Shown: positions 21,516-31,300 of the stretch, piece after piece
Numbering within the stretch: position 1 is the stretch's first letter
Layout of the letters: the number at the start of each line of letters is the position of its first letter
NCBI RefSeq assembly: GCF_947495825.1
Contig: NZ_CANMAH010000003.1
Location: 225,065 to 289,064, forward strand
DNA from: an uncultured Psychrobacter sp.
GTDB taxonomy: Bacteria > Pseudomonadota > Gammaproteobacteria > Pseudomonadales > Moraxellaceae
DNA length: 64,000 nucleotides
Direction: 5' to 3'
Translations under genes and position numbers: made by a program
The notes under the pieces: generated by a model
The model's database searches: none
The model's input: only the letters and a program-made list of their open reading frames with translations
What the model was told of the DNA's origin: nothing

Positions 21516-22898
21516 ATGGAGTGGGTTGTGAGCAAAATTACCAAAGAGTCTGTTTCAGCGGTAGATATGGCAGCTCGCCTTGAAGAAGGCAGTCTTTGTC
21601 CGGTTGAGCTGATAGAAGAGACGTTTGCAAATATCCGATCTTCTGATCCTGCTATTTTTACAGAACTGCTTGAAGAGCGAGCGCTAAAAGAAGCCCATGC
21701 TTCTAAGCAACGTCGCCATGAGGGCAAGCCACTTAGTCCATGGGATGGTATCCCCATCGCATGGAAAGATCTTTTTGATATAAAAGGTCGGGTAACCACC
21801 GCAGGATCAGTGGTGCTCAAATCCAACGCACCTGCCACTCATGATGCCAATATGGTTGCCAATGCCACTCAGGCAGGCCTTGTATCAATCGGCTGTCTTA
21901 ATATGACCGAGTTTGCCTATTCTGGCCTTGGTCTCAATCCGCATTTTGGTACACCCAAAAACCCTCATGGTACAGGCCCAGAACGTATACCTGGTGGCTC
22001 ATCCTCAGGTTGCGGGGTTGCTGTTGCTCGCGGACTCGTACCACTGGCCATTGGCAGTGATACTGGGGGATCGATACGTATTCCTGCTGGGTTAAATGGT
22101 ATAGTCGGCTATAAAGGCTCTAGCGTCGCGTTTCCAACTGGTGGGACGTTGCCACTCTCACCGACATTGGACACTTTTGGTCCCCTTGCAGCTGACCTAA
22201 AAAGCTGTATTGGTGCCGCACAAATTCTCAGCGGGCGAGCGATCGTCATACCCAAGCCAACACCTATCAACCAACTCAAATTTTTTATTCCTAACAATGT
22301 TGTTTTTAAAAATGCACAAGATGCGGTGATCCAGAATTTTGAAGCCTCTGTACGCGCACTTGAGCAGACAGGCGCGACGGTTACTCGCGGCGTGTGCAGT
22401 GAGTTTGATGAAATAGGTGCGCTTGCTCGTGAACACGGTTACTTAGTCGGTCCAGAAGCGCTAGATGTGCACTGGGATCTAGTACATTCGGCAGATGCAG
22501 AGCAGATAGACCCAAGAATCCTTACCCGTATTCTTGATGCAGGAGATATGAGTGCACGAGATTTGCTTGTCATTCAAAGAGAGCGCGCAAGATTAATCGA
22601 AAAAAACCGCCAAAATTTAGACAAGCAAATTGTGCTGTTTCCAACCACGCCTATTACGGCGCCCGAGCTTAAACCGCTTGAAGAAGACGATGACTTGTAC
22701 TTGCGCACTAATAAATTGATGCTACGCAATACCGCGCTTGGCAATTTTTTGGACTGGTGCGGCGTCGCTTTACCAAATGGAATAGATGAAAACCAGATGC
22801 CTACTAGTATCTTGCTATCGATGACCAGCGGCCGCGACAGTGATCTATTAGCTGCGGCACTCTCTGTCGAAAACATGCTTTCTCAAAACTTATCATAA
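21516..22898 (+). CDS. Amidase-signature family amidase
   Basis: The amidase-signature core is GGSSSGCGVAVA...GSDTGGSIRIPA. Confidence 0.85.
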   Translation: MEWVVSKITKESVSAVDMAARLEEGSLCPVELIEETFANIRSSDPAIFTELLEERALKEAHASKQRRHEGKPLSPWDGIPIAWKDLFDIKGRVTTAGSVVLKSNAPATHDANMVANATQAGLVSIGCLNMTEFAYSGLGLNPHFGTPKNPHGTGPERIPGGSSSGCGVAVARGLVPLAIGSDTGGSIRIPAGLNGIVGYKGSSVAFPTGGTLPLSPTLDTFGPLAADLKSCIGAAQILSGRAIVIPKPTPINQLKFFIPNNVVFKNAQDAVIQNFEASVRALEQTGATVTRGVCSEFDEIGALAREHGYLVGPEALDVHWDLVHSADAEQIDPRILTRILDAGDMSARDLLVIQRERARLIEKNRQNLDKQIVLFPTTPITAPELKPLEEDDDLYLRTNKLMLRNTALGNFLDWCGVALPNGIDENQMPTSILLSMTSGRDSDLLAAALSVENMLSQNLS

Positions 22899-22981
22899 CC
22901 ATCTAACAGAGGAGTAAAACAGAGCTAAAACCCCAAAAAAAAGGAAACCAAACCAAAATAAAAATATCAAAGGAATGAAAT

Positions 22982-23884
22982 ATGGCTAAAACTATTATAT
23001 GTGGATTCGGCACGGACGTTGATTCCGTAGCAGGACAAATTGGCTCGTACGGCGGCGGCGAAAGCCCGTCAGATATCCAGCGCGGTGTCTGGGCCTCTGA
23101 GGTTGGCGTGCCGCGTTTATTGCGCCTGTTCAAAAAATATGACATGCGCACCTCGTTTTTTATCCCCGGTCATAGCCTCGAGACCTTCCCCGACATTGCT
23201 AAAATGATCGTCGATCATGGACATGAAGTAGGCGCGCATGGCTACTTACATGAAAACCCCATTGCCATGACCCGCGCTCAAGAAGAAGCGGTCATGGAAA
23301 AGTCGGTTGAGCTGATTACCAAGCTGACAGGTCAAAGCCCGCGTGGATACGTAGCACCGTGGTGGGAGATGTCAGCCGCGACCCCTGAGATTTTAGCCAA
23401 ATATGATTTTAAATATGATCATAGTCAAGGCTATCGTGATTTCCAGCCATTTTACGCGCGGGTTGGTGATAAATGGAACCTTATCGACTACTCCAAGACA
23501 GCAGAAGAGTGGATGCATCCTATGACCCATGGTGACGAGATTGATTTGGTTGAAATCGCTGCCAACTGGTATATGGATGATTTACCGCCGATGATGTTTA
23601 TGAAAAACGTGCCTAACAGTCACGGTTTTGTCAATCCGCGTGATATCGAAGAGATGTGGCGCGACCAGTTCGATTGGGTCTATCGCAACATGGACTATGC
23701 AGTTTATCCTTTCACCATTCATCCTGATGTGTCTGGACGTCCGCAAGTGCTGATGATGCTTGAGCGACTAATCGACTATATCAACAGCCATGAAGGTGTG
23801 GTTTGGATGCCATTTGAAGATATCGCTGCCGACTTTCGTCAGCGCTTCCCGTTTGAAGGGGGGAAACGACCAGACGTTATTTAA
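22982..23884 (+). CDS. Polysaccharide deacetylase (NodB-fold) family hydrolase, PuuE-like subgroup
   Basis: [22 protein letters not shown]...[13 protein letters not shown] parallels the NodB/PuuE motifs. Confidence 0.8.
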   Translation: MAKTIICGFGTDVDSVAGQIGSYGGGESPSDIQRGVWASEVGVPRLLRLFKKYDMRTSFFIPGHSLETFPDIAKMIVDHGHEVGAHGYLHENPIAMTRAQEEAVMEKSVELITKLTGQSPRGYVAPWWEMSAATPEILAKYDFKYDHSQGYRDFQPFYARVGDKWNLIDYSKTAEEWMHPMTHGDEIDLVEIAANWYMDDLPPMMFMKNVPNSHGFVNPRDIEEMWRDQFDWVYRNMDYAVYPFTIHPDVSGRPQVLMMLERLIDYINSHEGVVWMPFEDIAADFRQRFPFEGGKRPDVI

Positions 23885-23968
23885 TTTTAATAACTCTGTG
23901 TTGATAAGTTTATTGACCTTAGTGGTATTTTAAAAATGCTGCTAAGGTTACTTATAGGGAGAAGAATC

Positions 23969-24256
23969 ATGTGTAATGCATGTGGCAACCCAGCGGCTCC
24001 AGGGCATTGGACAGAAGCAGGCGCACAGCAAGGTGGTATCCGGCTCAGAGCGATGTTTCATCGAATATCGATACTAAAGCGCGTGCTAAAACCATATGGG
24101 TTCTCAGTTTATGCCGATGGGGTGATTCCGCAGATTCAGCTGCTATGTCCAGGCGGGGCTCGTGTCATGGTCGACAACTTAACTGAGCTGTGGGCTGAAG
24201 TAGAACGCCGTCAAGGCTTTCCAATCGACCCCTTAACAACGCTTTCAGTGGCTTAA
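23969..24256 (+). CDS. Small hypothetical protein with an N-terminal CxxC
   Basis: I chose the start at MCNACGN (ATG 23969) because an AGGGAGAAG RBS precedes it. The stop lies 2-5 nt before the next gene's start, which suggests translational coupling. Confidence 0.5.
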   Translation: MCNACGNPAAPGHWTEAGAQQGGIRLRAMFHRISILKRVLKPYGFSVYADGVIPQIQLLCPGGARVMVDNLTELWAEVERRQGFPIDPLTTLSVA

Positions 24257-24258
24257 AT

Positions 24259-25227
24259 TTGATGCAAACATTGCAGGACAACCGTCTTAACATCATTTTA
24301 TTGAGTGGCTATCTGGGTTCAGGTAAGACCACATGGCTGCGTCATACGCTGTTTACTAAGACATTTGGTCGTGCTCAAGTCTTTACCCAAGAAGCGGCCA
24401 AGCAGCCCGTTGACGACTTGCTGTTGGGCGAGGCGATGAGTGTCAAAGTGCTGACTGGAACCGCAGGCACACCGAAAGGCAAAGAGGAGCTCATATCTGC
24501 ACTGCTTACGGTTGCCGAATCTCGAACGAGCGGCGTTTCTATACAAACCAATGCTCAGCTAGACACGCTTATAATAGAAACCAGTGGTTTAGCTGATCCT
24601 GAAGAGATTATCGTCGCTATTAAAGAGCATCCCATTTTGGTCTATCATTTTGCACTCAAAGAAACCATTATTATGGTTGATGCCCTACATTTCCATACAT
24701 CGTTAAAGACTGACGCACTATGTCGTCAGCAAATCTTGTCGGCTGATCGCATCGTTATTGCAAAATCAGAGGAAGTATCCGAGCAGTCTTTATCGAACCT
24801 TGTTTCAACCATCAGCAAAATCAATCCAGCCGCACCGATGTCATTATCCGCATTCGGTGTCGAAAGCCCTGTACCTGAGCTGCCAACGCCGACCGAAATC
24901 TACAAATCGACTCTCACTAATGTAGGAGAACCAACGACTGTGGTTTCGCTGCCAGTGCCAAAAGAAGTAGATTGGGTCGAGTTTACCGTTTGGCTATCGG
25001 CGCTGTTGCACGCCCGGGGTGATACGATTCTGCGGGTTAAAGGTGTTTTGCAGACGGATGAAGGCCCGCTGTTACTGCAATCTGTACGTAAGGTAATGCA
25101 GCAACCAGAGATTCTCCCTGCTAACAAAAATAGCCCTACACCTGAAGACATTGTATTTATAGGAGAGGGTATAAACCAAGAGACGCTACTTGCTTCCTTA
25201 AATTCTTTTCTTGGGAAAAAAAGCTAA
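24259..25227 (+). CDS. COG0523/CobW-like G3E P-loop protein, degenerate (no CxCC motif)
   Basis: Walker A is GYLGSGKTT and Walker B is LIIETSGLADP. A CobW-C-like C-terminal domain is present. The position of GCxCC reads GTAGTPKG. The true start is probably ATG 24262. Confidence 0.8.
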   Translation: MMQTLQDNRLNIILLSGYLGSGKTTWLRHTLFTKTFGRAQVFTQEAAKQPVDDLLLGEAMSVKVLTGTAGTPKGKEELISALLTVAESRTSGVSIQTNAQLDTLIIETSGLADPEEIIVAIKEHPILVYHFALKETIIMVDALHFHTSLKTDALCRQQILSADRIVIAKSEEVSEQSLSNLVSTISKINPAAPMSLSAFGVESPVPELPTPTEIYKSTLTNVGEPTTVVSLPVPKEVDWVEFTVWLSALLHARGDTILRVKGVLQTDEGPLLLQSVRKVMQQPEILPANKNSPTPEDIVFIGEGINQETLLASLNSFLGKKS

Positions 25228-25280
25228 AAAATAGGTGCTAATTTAAATTTTTAGCAAATAGTAGCAAAACGATTAAGCCA

Positions 25281-25330
25281 CTATAATGAAGTCGCTGTAA
25301 TTGAGTTGCTATAATGAAGTCACTATAATT
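25281..25330 (+). repeat. Imperfect direct repeat (2 copies of 22 bp)
   Basis: ctataatgaagtcgctgtaatt (25281-25302) and ctataatgaagtcactataatt (25309-25330) share 20 of 22 positions. Confidence 0.8.
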
Positions 25331-25358
25331 TTAAGAAACAGCGTTTAGAAATTTAAAA

Positions 25359-25391
25359 CAAAAAAAGACCCACAGAGGAGGAAACTGTGGG
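25359..25391 (-). terminator. Orphan minus-strand terminator-like hairpin
   Basis: A 7-bp stem cccacag/ctgtggg with a 9-nt loop is preceded by an A-tract on the + strand (a T-tract after the hairpin on the - strand). No annotated minus-strand gene lies upstream of it. Confidence 0.4.
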
Positions 25392-25831
25392 CTGAGGAAA
25401 ACTGAGTATGTAGTGCGTCTACAATTACAGTAAAAACTTATTATTTTTATAGCGATCCTAACGTTATTAGAAACACAAACAGTTATAATTTAGAATAAAA
25501 ATTCAGTGTACAACTGTTTCTTCTAATACAATCATATTACCCGAAGTTGCCATTAATTAGCTACTTAAGTTACATGAAGTTACTCTTAAGAGAGTTTTAA
25601 TACAATGTCACATTTTGAAATATTTTTGTGTGTCGAGGCTTCTTGTTTTCCCTATGTTTTTTAGCATAAGTACAGATAAGGCTATCGGCATTCAAATCTT
25701 GTATCGTACAGGGCAGAGCGAATAGCTTTATAAAAAATAGTAACGATGAACTTGCAGAAGATGGCATGACGAGATACATGAAAAATGCTAAGCTAGCAAA
25801 CATTCTTATGTCTATATAAACTAGGCTTACC

Positions 25832-26512
25832 ATGACCAAAAGCACACAATTGCATACAAAAGAGCCGCTACAACCACAAAATAATAAAAGTATCTTTAAC
25901 CTACCCAATAATTTGACTATTGCCCGTATTTTAATGATCCCATTATTTGTAGCGATTGCCTATTGGCCACCAGCCATGGGTATTGGAATGCCAGCTATTT
26001 CAAATAATGTCATCGCCCAAGTCGGGATGAGCGAGTTTAGTGACAGTTTAGTGCGTCATTTATTACTAACTGGGGTGTTTATTATTGCTGCGATTACAGA
26101 TTGGCTTGATGGCTACTTCGCCCGTAAGCTTAATGTAATGTCAGCCTTTGGGCGGTTTTTGGATCCAGTCGCTGATAAGTTGATGGTAGCGGCAGCGCTT
26201 ATCATCTTGGTACAGTGGCATCCTAACATCATTATGGCGATAGCAGCGATTGTGATTATCTCGCGTGAGATTGCAGTATCGGCTCTACGAGAATGGATGG
26301 CAGAGCTGGGCAATCGTACTAGTGTGGCAGTATCGTATGTAGGTAAACTCAAAACGACATTTCAGATGATAGCTATTACGGTGCTCCTATTAAACTGGGA
26401 GTCACTTGAGATGATAGGTTACGTGTTGATGGTAGCGGCAGTGGTTTTAACGTTGTGGTCCATGTTTATTTATCTAAGGGCAGCATGGCCATATCTAAAA
26501 CAAAGTGGTTAG
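25832..26512 (+). CDS. pgsA: CDP-diacylglycerol--glycerol-3-phosphate 3-phosphatidyltransferase
   Basis: The CDP-alcohol phosphatidyltransferase motif is DWLDGYFARKLNVMSAFGRFLDPVADK. Confidence 0.9.
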   Translation: MTKSTQLHTKEPLQPQNNKSIFNLPNNLTIARILMIPLFVAIAYWPPAMGIGMPAISNNVIAQVGMSEFSDSLVRHLLLTGVFIIAAITDWLDGYFARKLNVMSAFGRFLDPVADKLMVAAALIILVQWHPNIIMAIAAIVIISREIAVSALREWMAELGNRTSVAVSYVGKLKTTFQMIAITVLLLNWESLEMIGYVLMVAAVVLTLWSMFIYLRAAWPYLKQSG

Positions 26513-26561
26513 ATGTGAAGTATTAATATCAGTTTGATCTATTTTATCTGATAAAAAATAT

Positions 26562-26596
26562 AAAAAAGCCAGTAGCGATAAGCGACTGGCTTTTTT
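26562..26596. terminator. Bidirectional rho-independent terminator
   Basis: An A-tract, the stem gccagt/actggc and a T-tract lie between convergent genes. Confidence 0.65.
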
Positions 26597-26617
26597 GTAT
26601 TAATGCCGATTGAGTTA

Positions 26618-27112
26618 TTAAAGATCTATTGAAAAATTCTCACCCAAACTCTTTTCGATAGCAGTATCTGTGACTGCTGCTGCTGTCATCTTAACAGCAC
26701 TAGCAATCGCATTACCGTTTTCCCAATACTCCGCACCATGAGGGACAACTTTAATTAGCTGCACTTTTGGGTCTTCTTTGCCTTGCTCAAAATAAGCGTT
26801 GTATGTCATTGACCATAGCTCATCAAGCTTTTCTCGATCTTCTACTAGTTCAGCTCTACCCGTGACAGACAAGTAGCTTTTGTCATCCTGACTGACGTAC
26901 GCTAAGTTTACTTCCGGATTGTTATTGATATTGTCAACAGTTTCAGAAGGACTATGACCAATAAACCAAATCTCTTTGGCCCCAATGCTGGTTTCTGTCG
27001 TATTCATCGGACAAGAATGAAGATGATCTTCGTGAGTACGAGTAGTCATCATTGTATACTTGATATTGTTAACCATTGCTTGGATTTTATCCATTTGTTC
27101 TTGTTTACTCAT
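26618..27112 (-). CDS. Pyridoxamine 5'-phosphate oxidase-like / general stress protein 26 family protein (copy 1)
   Basis: The protein is 164 aa with a GSP26-like pattern: MMTT...EIWFIG...LSVTGRAELVEDREKLDELW. Confidence 0.75.
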   Translation of the reverse strand: MSKQEQMDKIQAMVNNIKYTMMTTRTHEDHLHSCPMNTTETSIGAKEIWFIGHSPSETVDNINNNPEVNLAYVSQDDKSYLSVTGRAELVEDREKLDELWSMTYNAYFEQGKEDPKVQLIKVVPHGAEYWENGNAIASAVKMTAAAVTDTAIEKSLGENFSIDL

Positions 27113-27357
27113 AATAGTTATCCTTTCCTATATAAAATTTAAGGTTGTGAATAAATTGAAAAACGCATATATAAAAGCAAAATTAATATAAGCCATCTTC
27201 GTTATGATTTGATAATACGCAGTCTTTCAAAATATATAATCAATTATTAATATAGCCAAATTGGGCAGTAAAACTATACTGGCGCTCTGTAATACGCTGT
27301 GACGGTTTGTAATATTATCTTTTTATCTTGTTTTTATCTTAGCAAAATTTAGTCTAT

Positions 27358-27391
27358 AAAAAACGCCAATAAACAGTGGTTTACTGGCGTT
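27358..27391 (-). terminator. Rho-independent terminator between the two GSP26 paralogs
   Basis: A 13-bp stem aacgccaataaac/gtttactggcgtt (one mismatch) with a 4-nt loop is preceded by an A-tract on the + strand. Confidence 0.65.
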
Positions 27392-27486
27392 CAAAGTCGT
27401 TAAACTGCTTGTTATTTTTATATAAGATGATCTAATTTTACAGATTCATCTATGTTATACAGTGACTTATATTATAAATATTTATA

Positions 27487-27981
27487 TTACAGAGAGACTG
27501 AAAACTGCTTACCGATATCTTCTGCAGTTTCTCCGTCTTGTACTGCTGCTGCGGCCATCTTAAACATGTTGACAGTAGAGCTACCACTTAACCAGCATTC
27601 TACGCCATGCGGTACAACTTTAATAAGCTGCACATTTGGATCTTCTTTACCATGCTCAAAAAACGCATTGTAAACAGGAGACCATAGCTCCTCTAGTTTG
27701 TCTTTATCCGTAGGCAACTCTGCATTGGCACTGATAGAGACGTAATTTTTCTCATCTTGAGTAGCATAAGATAGACCAATTTTTTTATTGTCTTGAATAT
27801 CTTTTACCACGTCTGAAGTTTTATCACCGATAAACCAAATCTCTTTACCACCGATGCTTGCTTCACTGGTAGTCATTGGCCACGCATGGACATCGCCTTT
27901 GCTATTAATAGTGCTCATCATGGCGAATTTTACGTCTTTAATTACGTCTTGGATTTTATCGATTTGTTCTTGTTTATTCAT
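27487..27981 (-). CDS. Pyridoxamine 5'-phosphate oxidase-like / general stress protein 26 family protein (copy 2)
   Basis: The protein is 164 aa and collinear with copy 1 (MNKQEQIDKIQ..., EIWFIG, VQLIKVVPHG). Confidence 0.75.
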   Translation of the reverse strand: MNKQEQIDKIQDVIKDVKFAMMSTINSKGDVHAWPMTTSEASIGGKEIWFIGDKTSDVVKDIQDNKKIGLSYATQDEKNYVSISANAELPTDKDKLEELWSPVYNAFFEHGKEDPNVQLIKVVPHGVECWLSGSSTVNMFKMAAAAVQDGETAEDIGKQFSVSL

Positions 27982-28336
27982 AATAGATATCCTTATTGCG
28001 TTGAAATTAAAATTTTAGTGAAAGGTCGCTGTTAATGGTTTTAATTATTAGCTGGTTGTAGAATAACGATAGTCACCCGCACAGTTATATAGTTTGCCCG
28101 TAAGACGATGTTAGTGTTTGTAAGGTATACGATAATTAAGTAAAAAGTGTAGTGCGTTAGGCAAAAGTTTGCTGCTATAAAAAAACAAAGATAGCGAAGA
28201 CTCTCTTAAATGAGTTATGTGTGTTAGGGACAATTTATCCTGGTTTATACCTGCTTATTATGAGCCTTCTTGTTATAATACACAGACCATTTACTTTGCA
28301 TTGCAGTGATGCCTTGATCTTACGGATTATGCCTTT

Positions 28337-31300
28337 ATGATGACCATCGCCGGACAACCGTTCCTTACCGATTTTCAGACGCAGCAACTCATCAATCAGT
28401 TTCAGCAAAAAACCGAGCTAAATGTCAGCCAAATCAATACCCAGCAAGTGTATGTGCTATCACGGAAGCTCGAAGGTGATGAGCAAAAAAAAGCGCTGGA
28501 CCTATTTGGTATTAAAGAAGATATTCAATTTGTCGCCCCGCAAGACAACCGATTACAAGTCGTCGTTGGCCCACGTTTTGGCACCATATCGCCATGGGCA
28601 AGTAAAGCGACCGACATCTTTAATAACTGTGAAATCGAGATTAATCGCGTCGAGCGCGTCATCGTTTATACGCTAACCTTTGATGAAAAAGCAGACGGTG
28701 AGGGGAATGCGATTAATAACAAGTTATCAAGTGCCGCTGAGCAGTTATTGTTTGATCGCATGACCCAAAGCTTGGTTTATGACTTAGATGACGTGAGCAA
28801 ATTATTTGATGACGAACCACCAGCATCGCTCAATCGCATCGATGTGATGGGTGAAGGACGCAGTGCGCTTGAGTCGGCTAATACCCAGTTTGGCTTTGCG
28901 TTGTCGAGTGATGACATCGACTATCTGATGAATGCCTATGTCAATGAGCTAGGCCGTAATCCAACCGACGTTGAGCTAATGATGTTTGCGCAGGCCAACT
29001 CAGAGCATTGCCGTCACAAGATCTTTAATGCCGAGTGGACGATCGATGGCGAGGTGCAGCCAAAGTCATTGTTTCAGATGATCAAAAATACCTATCAATC
29101 AAACCCGCAAGGCATCTTGTCTGCTTATAAGGACAACGCGGCGGTGATGGCAGGAGCAGAGGGTCTACGTTATTATCCTGTGCCGACTGATGCGATGGAC
29201 GCCAATTCTGCGCATCCGTATGACTTCCATCAAGAAGCTATCGACATCTTAATGAAAGTCGAAACCCATAACCACCCAACGGCGATTGCTCCTTATGCTG
29301 GCGCTGCAACAGGCGCAGGCGGTGAGATTCGTGATGAAGGTGCAACGGGTCGCGGCGGTAAGCCAAAAGCCGGTCTGACAGGTTTCCACGTATCGCATCT
29401 TCATATCCCTGAGCTTGCGGAAAAATGGGAGCAGTCTGGTCAATTAAGTACGCAGGGTTATGGTACGCCAGATCGTATGGCGACCAGTCTTGAGATTATG
29501 ACCGAAGCGCCATTAGGCTCAGCCAATTTCTCAAACGAGTTTGGACGTCCCAACCTATGCGGCTATTTCCGTAGTTTTCAGCTTGATACTTCAGCGGCCA
29601 AAGACGGTAGCGAGATGCGCGGCTATCATAAGCCCATCATGCTGGCGGGCGGTTATGGTAATATCAAACGCAACCTTATTGAAAAAAACGCCATTCGCGA
29701 AGGGGATTTGCTGATCGTCCTTGGTGGCCCTGCGATGCAAATCGGTCTTGGCGGCGGTGCGGCGTCTTCGGTCGATAGCGGTGAGTTGGATGAAGGTTTG
29801 GACTTTGCTTCAGTGCAGCGTGATAACGCTGAGATGGAGCGTCGCTGTCAAGAAGTTATCGATCGCTGCTGGTCCTTAGCTGGTAACGATATTGACGCTA
29901 GTAATGCCAGCAAAGACGGCAACCCAATCGTCTCTGTCCATGATGTCGGGGCAGGTGGTCTGTCAAATGCCATGCCAGAGCTGGTCGATGACCATGACAT
30001 GGGCGCGCATCTGAACCTGCGTAAGATTCCATCGCTAGAAGCGGGCATGTCGCCAATGGCCATCTGGTCAAATGAGGCGCAAGAGCGTTATGTCCTCGCG
30101 ATTCGTCCAGAGAGCAAAGCGCAATTTGATGCAATCTGTGCCCGTGAGCGTTGTCCGTATGCTATCTTAGGCGAAGCGACTGAAATACGTCAGCTTATCG
30201 TTGATGATGAGTTGCTCCCTGAGCAGCCAGTCGATATGCCGATGCAAGTACTGCTTGGTGGTACGCCAAAGATGCAGCGCAGCTTTAGTCGTCAAGAGAA
30301 TGAATTGTCGCCGCTTGCGCTTAATGACTTTAACCTAACTGAATCTATTAAAGATGTGCTACGTCATCCAACCGTTGCGAGCAAGTCATTCTTGATTAGT
30401 ATTGGTGACCGCTCTATCACAGGTATGGTAGTGCGCGATCAATATGTTGGTCGCTATCAAGTGCCTGTATCAGATTGCGCAATCACCGCATCAGGTCTGG
30501 TGGCGCTTGATGGTCAACCAATGACTGGTGAGGCGATGAGTGTCGGTGAGCGTACCCCTGTTGCCCTTATTAGTCCAAAAGCCTCGGCGCGTCTGGCGGT
30601 TGGTGAAGCCATTACCAATATCGCAGGCGCACGTATCGCTCAGCTATCTGATATCACTATGTCAGCGAACTGGATGGCCGCTTGCGGTGACGATGCGGAA
30701 GACGCGGCATTGTTTGATGCCGTCCATACAGTCGGTGAAGAGCTGTGCCCAGCACTGGGTATCGCTATTCCAGTCGGTAAAGATTCGCTATCGATGCGTG
30801 CTAACTGGACAGACAGCGATGAAAATGGTAACGCAGACAAATCAGTGGTCTCGCCAATGAGCCTTGTGATTACCGCGTTTGCGCCTGTCGTCGATGTGGC
30901 AAAAGCTTTAACCCCTGAGCTAATCAACGGTGATAGCGCTTTCTACCGTATTGACTTATCCAAAGGTAAATTGCGTCTAGGCGGTTCGATCCTTGCGCAA
31001 ACGCTGAGCCAACTCGGTAACGACTGCCCAGATCTAGCGCAGCCAAGTGATTTGATCGACTTCTTTAACTTTGTCCAAGCGGGCAACGCGCAAGGCGTCA
31101 TCAGCGCTTATCACGATATCGGTGATGGCGGTCTATTAGCGACCATCGCAGAGATGCAGTTCACCAGCCGTCAAGGTATCAAGCTGTCATTAGATGATAA
31201 AAACCTACTCGGTCAATTATTCAGTGAAGAGCTGGGCGCAGTCATCCAAGTATTACCTGAAAACGTTACTACATTGATGGAGCTAGCAGAGCAGCATAAT

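Noticed and set aside
21500-21838. A 112-aa minus-strand ORF
   Set aside because: It is antisense to the 5' part of the amidase gene and has no independent support.
25281-25330. Possible CRISPR or iteron array
   Set aside because: There are only two imperfect 22-bp copies with a 6-nt spacer and no cas genes, so it is not a CRISPR array.
25597-25908. A 103-aa minus-strand ORF upstream of, and overlapping, pgsA
   Set aside because: The translation is hydrophobic and Cys/Leu/Phe-rich from AT-rich DNA. It overlaps the pgsA start, and I see no RBS. The region is still kept as a possible sRNA locus in the findings.
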